Source: Octopus bimaculoides (taxonomy: Eukaryota). From it: a DNA stretch of 64,000 bases. The position numbers were made by a program, and so were the translations under genes. The notes under the pieces were generated by a model. It ran no database searches. It saw nothing but the letters and a program-made list of their open reading frames with translations, and had not been told where the DNA came from. Positions 9,743 through 22,955 of this stretch are shown here, one piece after another. Location of the stretch: contig NC_069000.1 in the NCBI RefSeq assembly GCF_001194135.2, positions 7,550,885 through 7,614,884 of the forward strand, in the 5' to 3' direction. The stretch's first letter is position 1, and every line of letters starts with the position of its first letter.

Positions 9743-12700
9743 TTAGGGTAGCATCTGGGTGTCTTGCTGTACAGGTTCTGGTTGGCTTTTCTCTGCTTCT
9801 ATCTTTTTCCGTACATTTGGGTAAGTACACCAGTTCTGAAAATGAATAGGAAAATAATCTCATTAAATATTTTGTTACCATATTTTTGTTGAGATACTCT
9901 GCGTTTACTTCGAGTGATTGACATTAAATGTAATGAAGAATTTAGTAAAATAACTTAGTTATTTCGTATGTAGGAGTGTTTGTGATACATAAATCAATAC
10001 AGTAGTCATCTAAACTTAGTTATTATTAACCCTTTAGCATTTAAACTGGCCTTATCCGGTCCAAATATTCTTGTTTAATGCTTAAGCAGCCAGATCTGGA
10101 TTCTCACACCTACCCTACTATGTTATTCTAAAAATAAACAATCCCATCATCAAAATCTCAAGATAATGCATGATTAATTTAAAACAATGTGAATTGATAA
10201 GCATTACATTTGAGAGAAAAATCTGAACACTAAAAGGGTTAAGCTGGTATTAGGAACAAATTAACACTAAGTTTTGGTGGGAGATTTGAGGTCAAGTTAC
10301 AAGATAATAAGTAAGGGTTACATTACAGAACAATCATTTGCTTGTTTGATGGCTCCAGTTAAGAAGTATTTAGGGACTCTATCTTGTGAAAATTAGGAAC
10401 CATGTGATAATTAGGGATCATAAGAAGATAGCATTAATAATTCTGTATTTATTCATGCATAGCAAAAAACCCTTTTCAGAGTAGACCCCTTATAACCAGG
10501 AGTGTATTATACTGGTTTTGTGTATTTTGTGATGGTCAAATATCTATCTATCTATCTATTTACACACACACATCCATAGTGTGTTTGTGTTTATATATAA
10601 AACAATCTGCAATTACTTTAGGACCAACCAGCTGGACACATTACATACAAATAATATTTTTTTCTGTGATCTATTTACTAAAAGCTAGGAGTGTTTGTGA
10701 TACATAAATCAATACAGTAGTCATCTAATACAGCTGTGGCTGAAGTAAAGACTGTCCTACACTAACAGCCAATGTTACAGTGAGCTGACAGTGAACTTAC
10801 CAGTTTCTGGGACTGTTTCTCCAATAAATTGTATGTCCATTGGTGGAGCTGGCAATGAAACAGAAAGACAGAGGAATTCAGATGGATATTGTTGTTTTTC
10901 TCAAATGCAACTGACCAACGCTACAGACTCGCTTGTACATTACTGACTAACACTACAGTCTCTTTCAAACACAACTGACAAACATCAGTCTCTCTTACAC
11001 AATTGGCCAATGTTAGCCTCATTATGAAACTACAGACCAATCATTCATTTCATCCACATATATTGTCAGTTACTCCTGCCTGTGTGAAATCTTCCTCTAC
11101 TCATGTAAGTCAACAATAATTATGTTTCTTTAAGGATGATGATGATAGAGATGATGATGATGGTGATGTCAATGAGGACAGCTACAATGAAACAAGAAGC
11201 AAGGGCATGTTACCTACCCAGAACTGGTTTGGTATCGCTACTCCTTGTACTCTTTGTAACTTTCCATAGTCAGGACATTCAATATTATGTATCTGAAAAT
11301 ATTTAAGAGTAGTAGTAATCAGTGTATTCTACTAGGGTGACAAAAGATCAATATAACAGAGATTGAACAGTAGGGTCCCCCAGCATGAGAGGGACTAAAC
11401 AGTAGGGTCTTGCAATATATATGTATAAAACAGGGGCTGAATTTTAGGTTATCTTGACATGACAGTGGCTGTTATATGGTTTCAAAATGAGAGGCTGGCA
11501 GCAACTGTGAAGTACCTCAAAATGACAAGGGGCTGAAATGTTGGTCTCTGAAGATGATAGGAGTTGAACTCTATGGTCTGTTAATCATGATAGCAAGGCT
11601 GAAGTGTAGGGTCTTTTAACATGATAGAAGCTGTTATAGGGGGTTTTCAACATGAGAGATGCTAAACTAATGAATCCTTCAGTGTGTCAGGGGGCTAACT
11701 TATAGGATTTTGACATGACAGGAAATTTACAGTGAGGTTCGCTCCAGAAGACAGGGACTGAACTGCAGGGTCTCTCAACATAATATAGACCTTTGGACTG
11801 TAGGGTTCTCTCAATAAGAGAAAGTTTGATAAAAATGATAAGAAAGTGAAACATACTGCTGTAAGTGAAAATCTACACAGATGGGCTGTGGAGGATATCA
11901 TGGGTCCCTGGCTGATATCAATATGATCACCAACACGATACAGGTTTATACTATCTCCGGTACTGGATTGAGATGCAATGCTGGGAATCTGCTGCAATTT
12001 GAATCTGAAAATAAAGTTGTCATTTCTCATATATATTTTACATCAAGGTTTCAATTTCAGCTTTGGCTTTGTTTTCATAAATATATATACGGTTGTCATA
12101 ATTATATTTATAACTCAACACACAAAATACTCAACCCATTAGCATTTAAACTGGCCATATCCGGCCAAAATATTCTCCTAATTTTATGTTCAAACTGGCC
12201 AGATCTGGTCTAAGCAATCATGTCATTGACATCTCAAAGCTACAAGATCATGCATAACTAATTCAAATGGATGTGAATAAATAGGCATTACATTTAACAG
12301 AATAACCTGAATACTAAATGGTTAATTGTGGTCGTCTTTTTGTTAGCCAGACAGACTGTGAGGCAAGCAAAGTAAGCTGCCTTGCTCTAAAACACTCCAT
12401 ACACTGAATTCACCACTATGAGACCAATGACACCATTCAACCTCATATTACAAATGTGTATGTGTGTATCTACACGTACGCATTTGTACACACAAGAGGT
12501 TAAGAAATTTACTTCACAACCACATGGTTTTTGGGTTCAGTCTCAATGTGTGACACCTTGAACAAGTGACTTCTACTATAGCACCAGGGTGACTAGTGCG
12601 TTGGTAGATAAAAACCAACAGAATAACTCCCATCCAGACACAACACAACTTCTGGACAACACAGATGTTATCCATACATCATACAACAGCCACACACACA

Positions 12701-15700
12701 AGGTATAGATAGACAAGTATGTACTACTAAATAGAAGTAAATAAAGCTATGAACCTGTTGTGTTGGAACATTTCTCTTGCTGTCTGTTCGTTGACTGTTA
12801 GAGGTTCAAACCTGTAATCCTGGTACTGGAGCTTAGAACCAATAGAGCTGAGGGCGTATAATTCTCTCTGCAGATAAATAAAAGATCTGTACTGTAGTGG
12901 TGGTGGTGTTAATGGTGTTAGTGGTGAGGGTGTCAGTGGTGTAGTATGGTTGGTAGTGTACATCAAGTTATCACAACATAAGATTTTACATTAATATTTA
13001 TGCAAATCAGTTTACCAAATCCCTTGTCAACATCGACAACAGTAAGAACAAGATCTTACTTACCCACAACATATTTAAGACTTTATAATATCATGGCTAT
13101 GACATATGTAGACATCCTAGACTGTACCTTAGCTTACCCATGATGATGATCATCATCGTCATCATTTAGCATCAGCTTTTTATGCTGGCATGGGTTAGAC
13201 TGAAACTGGTAAGCTGGAGAGCTGTACCAGGTTCCAACCTGATTTGGCAGGGTTTCTATGGCTGGACACCCTTCTTAATGCCAACCATTCCAAGAGTGTA
13301 ATGGGTGCGATTCACATGACACCGGCATTGGCCCTGACTATGATTTCACTTACATACTTAAGACAACAGAGCTATAACATACATAGACGTCTTAGATTAT
13401 GACCCTGCTATGGGTGCTTTCATGTGCCACCAGCACCTATTACTTGATATTAATTTCTTTTACAGTTCTGTACACTGCACCATGCCACAGCTACCCCCTG
13501 TTTCTGTGAGCTACTCCTTACCACAGGTACTCACTAAATCTTCGATGTAGACACCTAATCTGTTAGAAATAGCAACTAAATTCTGTTGGCTCAAATGCTA
13601 ACATTTCAAATAAACAGGGATACACTGGTTAATGTAGTTCTACATTGAAATCCTTAGAGAAAAAAAGACGTGATGGTCATGACTGGGTTGTCATTGATTA
13701 TAAATCAGCTGATTGAGTTGATCTATACACAATACCTATTTCTTTAAACAAATATATGCCTATGTATGTATGTATGTATATATAAATGTATGCCAGTAAA
13801 AATACACATATACACACACACAAAGCATATACAGATGCATGTGAATATATTTGTGTGTGTGTGTGTAAAAGACAGAGATGATGTAGGAGACATACCAAAG
13901 TTGGCTTCCAGTTCGGTAAATTCAGGTCAGCATCATATACAAAACTGCCACTTTTTACTGCAGACAAAGAACAATGTTGTTAATTACAGCAACGAGGTGG
14001 AAGATGTTGGAAGTGGGAGAAGAAGAAGAGCAAATATGAAGTATTGATTAAAATATATACACATATAATGTGTTTGTGTGAGTGCATGTATACATATATA
14101 TAAAATTATATTTGGAGAGACAGACAGTCGCATATATTTATGTACACACACATCGAGAGAGAGAGATATGCGTGTATGTGTTTATGCATGTACATGCATG
14201 TATATAAACATGCATACATACAAATATGCATATGCATATATTATATGTATGACATGCATTGTTGAGAATAATGTATGACCACTCAGTCAAAATGTAAAAC
14301 AAATATGTTGTTAGTCAATAACCAGCACACAAAGAATTTGTTTGAAATGTAAAAAGTCTATGCAGAGTCTACCCCACTTTCTCTCGTTAATTGTGTAACC
14401 TGAACTGGTACACCATGTACCACATGCCAGACACATAAAAGAGACACATGGCAAGAAAGGTAGGGGACGTAAAACCCAAATAAGTCATTGCTGATTCCAC
14501 CTATTGTTGCACTCCGCACTTATGAGGGGGTGCTGAAAAGTTCCTGGCTTTAAAGAGGCCCACATACCTACACACACACATGCATACATATTTACAGACA
14601 ACCATATATCCATACACACACATGCATATATACATACAGAGACATATTCATAACACATTCAGTGTTGATGTAAATAAATATTTGACTTCGGGTATGAAGG
14701 AAGAACAAAAGGTTAACAACTCGAATTGCGTAAAAAGCCCCATGATGGGGTTATTCAATCTACAAAGGATTTAGGGCCAGAGTAAAATTGACAACTATGG
14801 TAATAACTTGCCTTTTGAAGGCTTTACTGACCACAGGCAGGTTAAAAGTGAAGGTTGGTATTTAAAGTTGACACTCACCATTAGGGGATGGGAAGCGACA
14901 CAGCTCCACATGGTAGTCATCTTTAAATGCTGACATTAAAACGTAACCCAGTATAAAAGAGCAGGACCTCCAAAATGCCTGAAAATATATAAATTACATT
15001 TGATAACTGTGGCTGATATCAGGAACACACACATATTATATAAACACACAAACACACTGTATAAACACATGCATACAGATGAAAAAACATGAACACATGC
15101 ACAACCCTGGAATCAAGGAGGGAGCCATTATATAGCCATTTGACCTGCTAGAAATTTCAACCAAATCTACCTCAATTCCACTGAACCTTATTAAAAACAA
15201 AGGAAGGAAATATTAGATAATGTAATCCTAGATACAGTTTTTCTGAATAATAGATGGGATGGACACATCTGGAATGTCTTTGATCATAGAAATGGTGGAC
15301 CAAAGCTGAGTTGAAGTGTAGAACAACAACAACAACAATATATTGAAGTACTTACTCTGTTGACTTCTTGACAGTCATCCTCTTTGAAATGAAGGAAGCT
15401 GAGTTGACAGTCTTCAACAAGAGGTCGATGCATGTCCCATATCTGACCATTAACACATGCCACTACTGACCGCTTCATTAACAACTCTGCTATGTCTGTA
15501 GGCAGAACATAAAACAAATTTAGAAGAAAAGCTTAATATATGTATACATATGTATGTAAATATATATATATATATATATATGGAAAAAAAGTCAAGGTAA
15601 AAAATGCTAAAATAATTTTATCAAAAACATTTCAGTTTCGGTTTCAGTCATTGAGACATTTTCAACCTTAAGAATGGAAAACAATTAAATTTTGGAAAAA

Positions 15701-18700
15701 TTAAATGAAAAATTTTTTAAAAGAATATTTGCATAGTATTTAAATACAAGGGGCATTTTCCTTGTTTCTGCCTGTCTCTGTCTCTCTTGTTTACTCTTGT
15801 AACCCACAAGAGTAAACAAGAGAGAGACAAGGAAAATGCCCCTTGTATTTGAATACTATGTAAATATTCTTTTAAAAAACTATCCTTGGATAGTTGCCAG
15901 TTACTTGTGTGTAACATTCTCAAAAGCTGTGTGTTCAATCTAAATACTCAAGGACACACTAGCAGTAGATTTGGACACATAACCTTTATCCATCTGTCTG
16001 ACCTTTGACATGATAGAAGGTCAACAGTGAAACCTAGAGGTCATTGTTAAAATCTACCTACATAGAAGGGATGTAGGACTTCTTGATGGGGGAAGTTAGA
16101 AAGAAAGACTACTTACGCATGGCACAATTAAAGGGTGTTGACAAACCCTTGTTCATGATTAGAGTACAATCCTCAGGAGCACCCACATGTTCCACTCGGA
16201 TCTTCTCAATCCTTTTGAAAAAGGACAGCTGCCGTTTCTTCTCCTCATCAAACAATTCATTTTGTCTCTTCCGGATCTCAGCTGGGTTCTTCTTTTGGGA
16301 GCAGTAGGTCTGATAACCTGAAATATGACATATTTAGGGATCTCAGAACTGGAATGACACAAGGAACAGGACTGGTATTGTAGTATTAAACAGGGGGTGG
16401 GGTGGCAGTGTATCATAATGTGAGTGGGGATGGGGAATATACAGTGTAGGTGGGATGGGTCTTATGTAGCACTGCAGCCTTCACCACTTCAAACTAAGTC
16501 TTCCTTGGTTTTCCTCATCAGTGAGTTCCACTAACTTGGAGTGTTCAGTACTTTCTCATGCAACAGTTATCCTCCATGCACATCAGATGCCCATTTCAAT
16601 GTAGCATTCTCTCTTCTACACCTGATTCCTCACACATACAGTTTTTCTCTCAACTCATTTGTACTCTGGTATTCAGGTGCACTAACATTACACACGCATG
16701 GCTGTGTAACAAGAAGTTTGCTACCCAAGCACATGGTTCCAGGTTCAGTCCCACTGCATGGCTTCGGCAAGTGTCTTCCACTAAAGAGATACATTAAGGT
16801 AAAAAAAAACAAAAAAAAAACACTGGGGTCAATTTGTTGACTAAAACCTCTTCAAGGCAGTGCCCCAGTATGGTCAGAGTCTAATCATTGAAACAAGTAA
16901 TAAGTAAAAGGTATCCATCGAAGTATGCCGCTTTCATTTCTTTATAGCTTTTGCAATCAAGGCTTTTGTCTCATTACCATGCATTATTGCAGTTGTGTCT
17001 ACTGTCTGCTCTTCACTCTGAGGAAGAAGGCATTTGTAGCCAAATGAGGTAATATTGATGATTAAATTTCAATTAAATATAACATTTGATCACTTGTTTT
17101 CTTTATTCAAAATTCGGACAGAACTTATGGAATGACCTGATATATATGAGTATATGTGTGTATAAAACAGACACAGACACACACAATAGGCTTCTGAACA
17201 GTTTCTGTCTAGCATTTTCACTAACAAGGCATGGGTCAGTTTGAAGCTATAATAAAAGACATTTGTCCGGGGTGCCACACAGTGGAATAGAACCTGAGAC
17301 CACAAGGACCTGAAGTGAATTTCATAACCACACAGCTACGTATGCACCTATATTATAATTAATTACTCATAGTTTCCTTTTATTGAATGAGCTAGAAAAC
17401 ACCCATATTAATATTGATGGATGGTTGGGAAAGGAACTATTCAAATACTCCCACACTATTTATCCACCTTTATGTTTGCTAATGTTTGGAATGTACAGAT
17501 ATTCACTGGTAACATGTCAAAATCTTCACAAAAAGAAGTGGTTATCATTTTAGTTGTATGAATTACAAATCGGATAACGGGATACATTCCTGAAGTCTTT
17601 ATTCAACAGTTAAAGGAATTCTTGAGTTCTTGCAGCTCCCTTCTTCACAACATTACAAGCGGGTACTGAAAAGTTCCTGGTTTTGGGTAAAAGAAAATAC
17701 AGGAGGATCAGTTAATTATGATTTTATTCAACATAATCCCCTCTCAGATTCACACACTTATTGCGGTGGTCCTTCAGTTTTTCTAAGCCCTGTAAAAGAA
17801 CTCGGGAAGTTGGACCATCAATCAAGCCTTTTGGGATACGCTTAAAGTCAGGAACTTTTCAGCACCCCCTTGAATAGTCAGTATTTCCATGGCAAATACT
17901 AACACTTATTGAGCTTGTTAGGTGCTATCTGATGGTCCATCTGCATGCAAGAGTTCCATGGGGACTTTACAAAGGACCCCAATACTTATTATTATTATCA
18001 ATATTATTGTTATAAAGGCAGCAAGCTGACAGAATTGTTAGCATGCCGGGCAAAATGTTTAGTGATATTTTGTCTGTCTTTATGTTCTGAGTTCAAATTC
18101 TGCCGAGGTCAACTTTGCTTTTCATCCTTTTGGGGTTGATAAAATAAGTATCAGTTGAACACTGGTGTCGACGTAATCGATTTAGCCCCATTCCCCCTAA
18201 ATTGCTGGCCTTGTGCCAATATTTGAAACCATTATTATTGTTATTGAGATGAAATGTCAAGGCAAACATTATATCCGATCCCTTTAATGATATAATAGTT
18301 CCTTCAGTTGTTGTTTAGTCTCGGGTCCAAACCTTGATCTAGCCGACCTATGATCAAATGACATGCCAGCCACGACTATCCTATCTTTTTTCCAGGCATT
18401 ATGCATCTAGATCACATAATTCGATGTGTTCTTCCTCTTTTTTTTAAAGATGGTAGAGATGCTAGAAAGCGTAGCCAGATCTTTCAGAGAGATTTCGCTG
18501 CTATTTTTAACAAGTTAAATGATAATTTAGAACAGACACAGGCAACCTTTTTCGAGAAGGCTCATCATCCGTTCAAAGTAATTCTTTGTTCGGTTTGTTA
18601 TTTAGAAAGTCCCACGGGCCGCAGTTTGACCTTTTCTAAATCTGAGGATGCCCCATTGAACAATGAGGGGAGGGAGCTGTGCCGTCCAGTGCATCCCTTT

Positions 18701-19098
18701 AGCGATAGGAATGGATAGAAGCGGGACAGGAGAATCTGCGATAGGGTTTCGATTTTCAGCAGTGTTTCTGACTTGCATTTATTTACATCACTATACTCAG
18801 TGAAAGAGGCATTAACACTTCATAGTCAAAGTACTCCGTCCTCTTCATTCGCTTATAAATAAGAATAACCATAAATAATCTTTGTTGTTACCACACTGTC
18901 TTAAATGAACAACGTTCTGTCGAAAGACAACGAACACAACAAGCTATCAAATCCCCCTTGCTAACAGACCAATCATTACTAAAATAATAATTATTATTGT
19001 AACTACAATATTCAATCAATATATATATACTCACGAGAGAAACTGCTCCATGCAGAGAGCCATCGTAGAGGTCGTCTGTTAACACACAGAGCAGCCAT
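9743..19098 (-). CDS. MRPL39: 39S mitochondrial ribosomal protein L39 (mL39), complete, 347 aa
   Basis: Exons 19035-19098 (MAALCVNRRPLRWLSAWSSFS, presequence-like), 16117-16317 (EIRKRQNELFDEEKKRQL...NKGLSTPFNCAM), 15356-15495 (VNGQIWDMHRPLVEDCQLSFLHFK), 14879-14978 (AFWRSCSFILGYVLMSAFKDDY), 13896-13957, 12755-12867, 11857-12004 (LYRVGDHIDISQGPMIS), 11218-11292 (RVQGVAIP), 10801-10848, 9743-9835. Total 1044 nt, all phases consistent. Motifs match the ThrRS-derived mL39 sequence. The last exon was assigned by phase and the downstream polyA signal. Confidence 0.95.
10030..10238. mobile_element. piggyBac-type MITE, same family as 613-832, opposite orientation
   Basis: TTAA-CCCTTTAGCATT...CACTAAAAGGG-TTAA. 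Confidence 0.75.
12135..12321. mobile_element. piggyBac-type MITE, diverged copy
   Basis: TCAA-CCCATTAGCATTTAAACTGGCC...TACTAAATGG-TTAA. Confidence 0.65.
16693..16905 (+). mobile_element. SINE family B (tRNA-derived, OK/OR-like), internally deleted
   Basis: GGCTGTGTAACAAGAAGTTTGCT...CATGGTTCCAGGTTCAGTCCCACTG head and GAAACAAGTAA tail. Confidence 0.7.
17165..17348 (-). mobile_element. SINE family B, diverged, inverted relative to the 16693 copy
   Basis: Reverse complement similar to the family B head. Confidence 0.6.
17656..17872. mobile_element. Mariner-type MITE (internally deleted)
   Basis: TIRs CAAGCGGGTACTGAAAAGTTCCTGG / CAGGAACTTTTCAGCACCCCCTTG; TA at left end; a lone TIR of the same family at ~14522-14550. 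Confidence 0.7.
18015..18232 (+). mobile_element. SINE family A
   Basis: GGCAGCAAGCTGACAGAATTGTTAGC...GAGTTCAAATTCTGCCGAGG...GGCCTTGTGCC, ends in an (ATT)n tail. Confidence 0.75.
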
Positions 19099-19707
19099 TG
19101 AACACATGTAAGTGTAGCATGCCACTTACCGATGTCACCTAACTAACCGTTCCTTCTAATAAAAAGGCCGCTCTTAGTATTCTTAATATTCTTAATATTC
19201 TACATTCTTACTCAGGTATTGCTTTAATGTTTATTCGAAGACTTGAGTTTTGCACCTACCTCTAAAGCATTATCAGAGAATATTTGAGAAAAAAAGAAAA
19301 CATGTTCCATGTAACTTCGGAATCACGCATAAACATATTGGTCAAACTAAAGGGTTTAACCCGAGCAAAAAAAAAAGAAAAAAGAAAAAAAATAGTGTAA
19401 TAGGTGTAAAACAACTTGCTCTAAACGAATATGAAAAAAAAAAAAATGCGCGCTCGCGAACGGGGGTGGGTGGTGGAGGAGAGGACACGGAACATTCACA
19501 TCGTCAGACCTTGACCTTTAAACTCCAGTGTTTGACCCGAGCAAAAAAAAAAAAAAGTGTAATAGGTGTACAACAAAGTGTAGTAAACGAATATGAAGAA
19601 AAATGCGCGCTGGGGGTGTATATGCATACACACACACATGTCTGAGTGATTTGCATGCAATGTACATATATAGAGAGTGGGCTAGAAATAATTATATATA
19701 AATAAAT

Positions 19708-19739
<32 letters not shown>

Positions 19740-19746
19740 TGTGGTA

Positions 19747-19790
19747 TGACGTCAGCAACTCGGGAGCTGACCGCTGACCGGAAGAGGAAG
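19747..19790. promoter_or_regulatory. CRE palindrome and ETS/GABP-type site upstream of MRPL39
   Basis: TGACGTCA at 19747-19754 and ACCGGAAG at 19777-19784 in a locally GC/CpG-rich patch about 650 bp upstream of the MRPL39 ATG. Confidence 0.4.
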
Positions 19791-20222
19791 AGGGGCAGAG
19801 GGACCCTCGATTGGGATTTCGTGCCTTTNNNNNNNNNNNNNNNNNNNNNNNNNNNNNNNNNNNNNNNNNNNNNNNNNNNNNNNNNNNNNNNNNNNNNNNN
19901 NNNNNNNNNNNNNNNNNNNNNNNNNNNNNNNNNNNNNNNNNNNNNNNNNNNNNNNNNNNNNNNNNNNNNNNNNNNNNNNNNNNNNNNNNNNNNNNNNNNN
20001 NNNNNNNNNNNNNNNNNNNNNNNNNNNNNNNNNNNNNNNNNNNNNNNNNNNNNNNNNNNNNNNNNNNNNNNNNNNNNNNNNNNNNNNNNNNNNNNNNNNN
20101 NNNNNNNNNNNNNNNNNNNNNNNNNNNNNNNNNNNNNNNNNNNNNNNNNNNNNNNNNNNNNNNNNNNNNNNNNNNNNNNNNNNNNNNNNNNNNNNNNNNN
20201 NNNNNNNNNNNNNNNNNNNNNN

Positions 20223-20367
20223 ATCCTCTTCCTCCCCCTCCTCGGAACTTTCCAGGAATGAAGTAATACCCTCACCTTCCTTGGAACTTTCCAGAAAGTA
20301 ATTAATCCCCCTCGTCCCCTTCCTCGGAATTTTCCAGGAAGTAATTAAATCCCTCCCCTTCCTCCCC
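20223..20367. repeat. ~40-bp tandem repeat next to an assembly gap
   Basis: Three to four copies of CCCCTTCCTCGGAACTTTCCAGGAAGTAAT. Confidence 0.7.
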
Positions 20368-20667
20368 AAATAAAAATAGGAAATACACTACATAACAACA
20401 AGTAAAGAAACTGATCAGCCAAAACCTACTTATATTCTTTTGTGAACCTCTAAAAAATTGCATTACAAAAAATGTTGACGCACCTGACTATTAAAGTCTT
20501 TAAGATTGGATTTTGTACCTTTGACCATTACAGTATCAAAGAAGCAAAGGATTAAATCTAATCAAACCAAGACTAAACTCCTAACATCCTGTGCCCACCT
20601 AACAAAGGGACACACCTGAACATACTCATTTACAAAGCTCTACATACGTGAATAAATTCTAAACAAT

Positions 20668-20886
20668 AGGTGCAGGTGTGACTGTGTAGTAAGAAGCTTC
20701 CCAACCAAAGGGTTCCGGGTTCAGTCCCACTGCGTGGCACCTTCGGCAACTGTCTTCTACTATAGCGTCAAGTTGACCAAAGCCTTGTAAGCGGATTTGG
20801 TAGATGGAAATTGAAAGAAGTCCATTATATATATGTTAATGTATATGTTTGTGTGTCTGTGTTTGTCCCACCACCATTGCTTGACA
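20668..20886 (+). mobile_element. SINE family B, 3' truncated by Tc1 fragment
   Basis: GGTGCAGGTGTGACTGTGTAGTAAGAAGC...GGGTTCAGTCCCACTGCGTGGCACC. Confidence 0.75.
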
Positions 20887-21606
20887 ACAAAAGAGGTCAA
20901 ATTATTGGTGCTCGTATGGCAAGTGCTAGCGTAATGAAAACAGCCAAAATGCTTGGTGTATCAAGAAGTACTGTCTCGAAAGTAATAACAGCCTTTGAGA
21001 AAGAAGGAAAAACCTCCTCATCGAAACGAAACTCCAGAAGAAAACCAAAACTTTCAGATAGGGACCATTGGACTCTTATGTGAAACGATCACAAAAAAAC
21101 AACTCCCAAAATTCCTGCAGAGCTTAATGACCACCTCAAGAACCCAGTTTTCACAAAAACTGTTCGCTGGGAGCTGCACAAAGCCAGATTTCACAGGAGG
21201 GCTGCAATCAGAAAATCACTACTTTCAAAAACAAACATTGCAAAACGTTTTACTTCATGGCAGAATTAATAGTGAAGACTATTTAAGCATTTTATCTGAT
21301 CAAATTCATCCTATGGTTGCGGAACTGTTTCAGTATTATTGAACATTCTCGAAATTATTGAACATTTATGGTGCATTTTAGAAAAACAAATAAGGAGTTG
21401 ATATCCTCCACCGTCATCACTACAAGAACTGGAGACTGTTTTAGCTGAAGAATGGACAAAAATTCTTTTGGAAACAATTCAAACTTTGTATGAGTTCATA
21501 CCTTGTAGAATTCATGTTGTAATTACTGCCAAAGGTGGTCTTACCCCATATTAAAATAAATTTGTTTGAAATTTTAAGGTGTTTCCTTTATTTTGTCCAA
21601 CCCCTG
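20887..21606 (+). mobile_element. Defective Tc1-like transposon with internal deletions
   Basis: KRGQIIGARMASASVMKTAKMLGVSRSTVSKV paired-HTH; GRINSEDYLSILSDQIHPM; ends in TIR ...TTATTTTGTCCAACCCCTG. Confidence 0.85.
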
Positions 21607-21614
21607 AATATGTA

Positions 21615-21645
<31 letters not shown>

Positions 21646-22655
21646 TTCCTTGTTTGATAGTTTAAGCATGTGTCACCATCATTGAAATGGGATTGCTTGT
21701 TTTGAATATTCTGTGTAAACACATTCACATGTTCAGCCATGGGCCATGGGGAAACTTTACTTTGCTTGGAAATATGTAGGTATATATGTGTTTATAAATA
21801 TGTGTGTGTGTGTATATATATATACATATACATACATATATGTATGTATAGACACATACACACACACTCACGCACAAACACATATTGTAAGTTACCATAT
21901 GAGACTGAAAAGAGAAAATGTTATCGTTTATGTCTTACATTGTATATTACAACACAGACAGCCATAAAATAACTTTACTCAGTGAGAATAAAAAAGAAAG
22001 ATACATTCCATATTGATAGAAAATCTGAGAAGAGAGACCCATTTACCTTTGAATATAAAACCTTTACAGACAAACAACTGACAAGATTATATTGCATTCT
22101 TTTTGTCTCCTTTCTATTCTTTTCTTGTTTATTATTTTCATGTGGTCCATCATGCTTCTATAATAGCAGCCCTCCCTTTTTCATTGACTAACTGTTTCTC
22201 TATTGTCCTTTTTGACACAGAAACTTATATATATGGGAATAAGGGCAGCATTTTCTTTATACTTGGAAACCACCCATTTTTTTCAAAGAAAGGAGTGAAT
22301 GCTGTAGTTTCAGGATGTTTCACCATTCCTCCTCCTCCTCCTCCTCCTCCTCCTCATCATCATCATCATCGTCATCACCATTTAACATTTCATGTTCCAT
22401 GCTAGCATGGGTGGAATGGTACCCCAAGTGCTGGCCAGGCCGAAGCCTGCACCAGACTTATGCTTTTTTTTAATAATCTTTTCTTTTACTTGTGTCAGTC
22501 AATAGACTGCAGCCATGCTGGGGCACTGACTTGAAGAATTTTTTTTTAGTTGAATGAATCAACCCCAGTACTGATATTTTTTTTTTTTATAAACATGGTA
22601 TTATTCCATTGATCTCTTTTATTGAACCACTATAGTAGAATAATAATAATTATTA

Positions 22656-22702
<47 letters not shown>

Positions 22703-22910
22703 TACAAATGCCATTGTTTTCGTTACAATCATTGTGGTTTTTGGATATGTCACGTTGTGTAGTGGCAACATTACAACAGTTAACAATAGTAACATTACAG
22801 CCTGAAAAACTTCAGGTCTTTCCTATTGACTTCCTCTGCCTGCCTTGTTTTTATCACTCCTTTAATTTGCATACAGATAACACTTTTACACCACACACAA
22901 TCATGCACGT

Positions 22911-22955
<45 letters not shown>

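Noticed and set aside
16926-17030. Minus-strand segment SEEQTVDTTAIMHGNETKALIAKAIKK* as a nested gene end
   Set aside because: Short, no recognisable homology, and no supporting upstream exons.
18401-18718. 105-aa plus-strand ORF with a good acceptor inside MRPL39 intron 1
   Set aside because: Its reverse complement matches a SINE-tail repeat also seen at ~15150-15330 and ~23050; not a recognisable protein.
19682-20369. Long ORFs across N runs (also 30580-31305, 31436-32410, 45840-46271, 50380-50959, 51244-52241)
   Set aside because: Assembly gaps translate as X without stops; artefacts.
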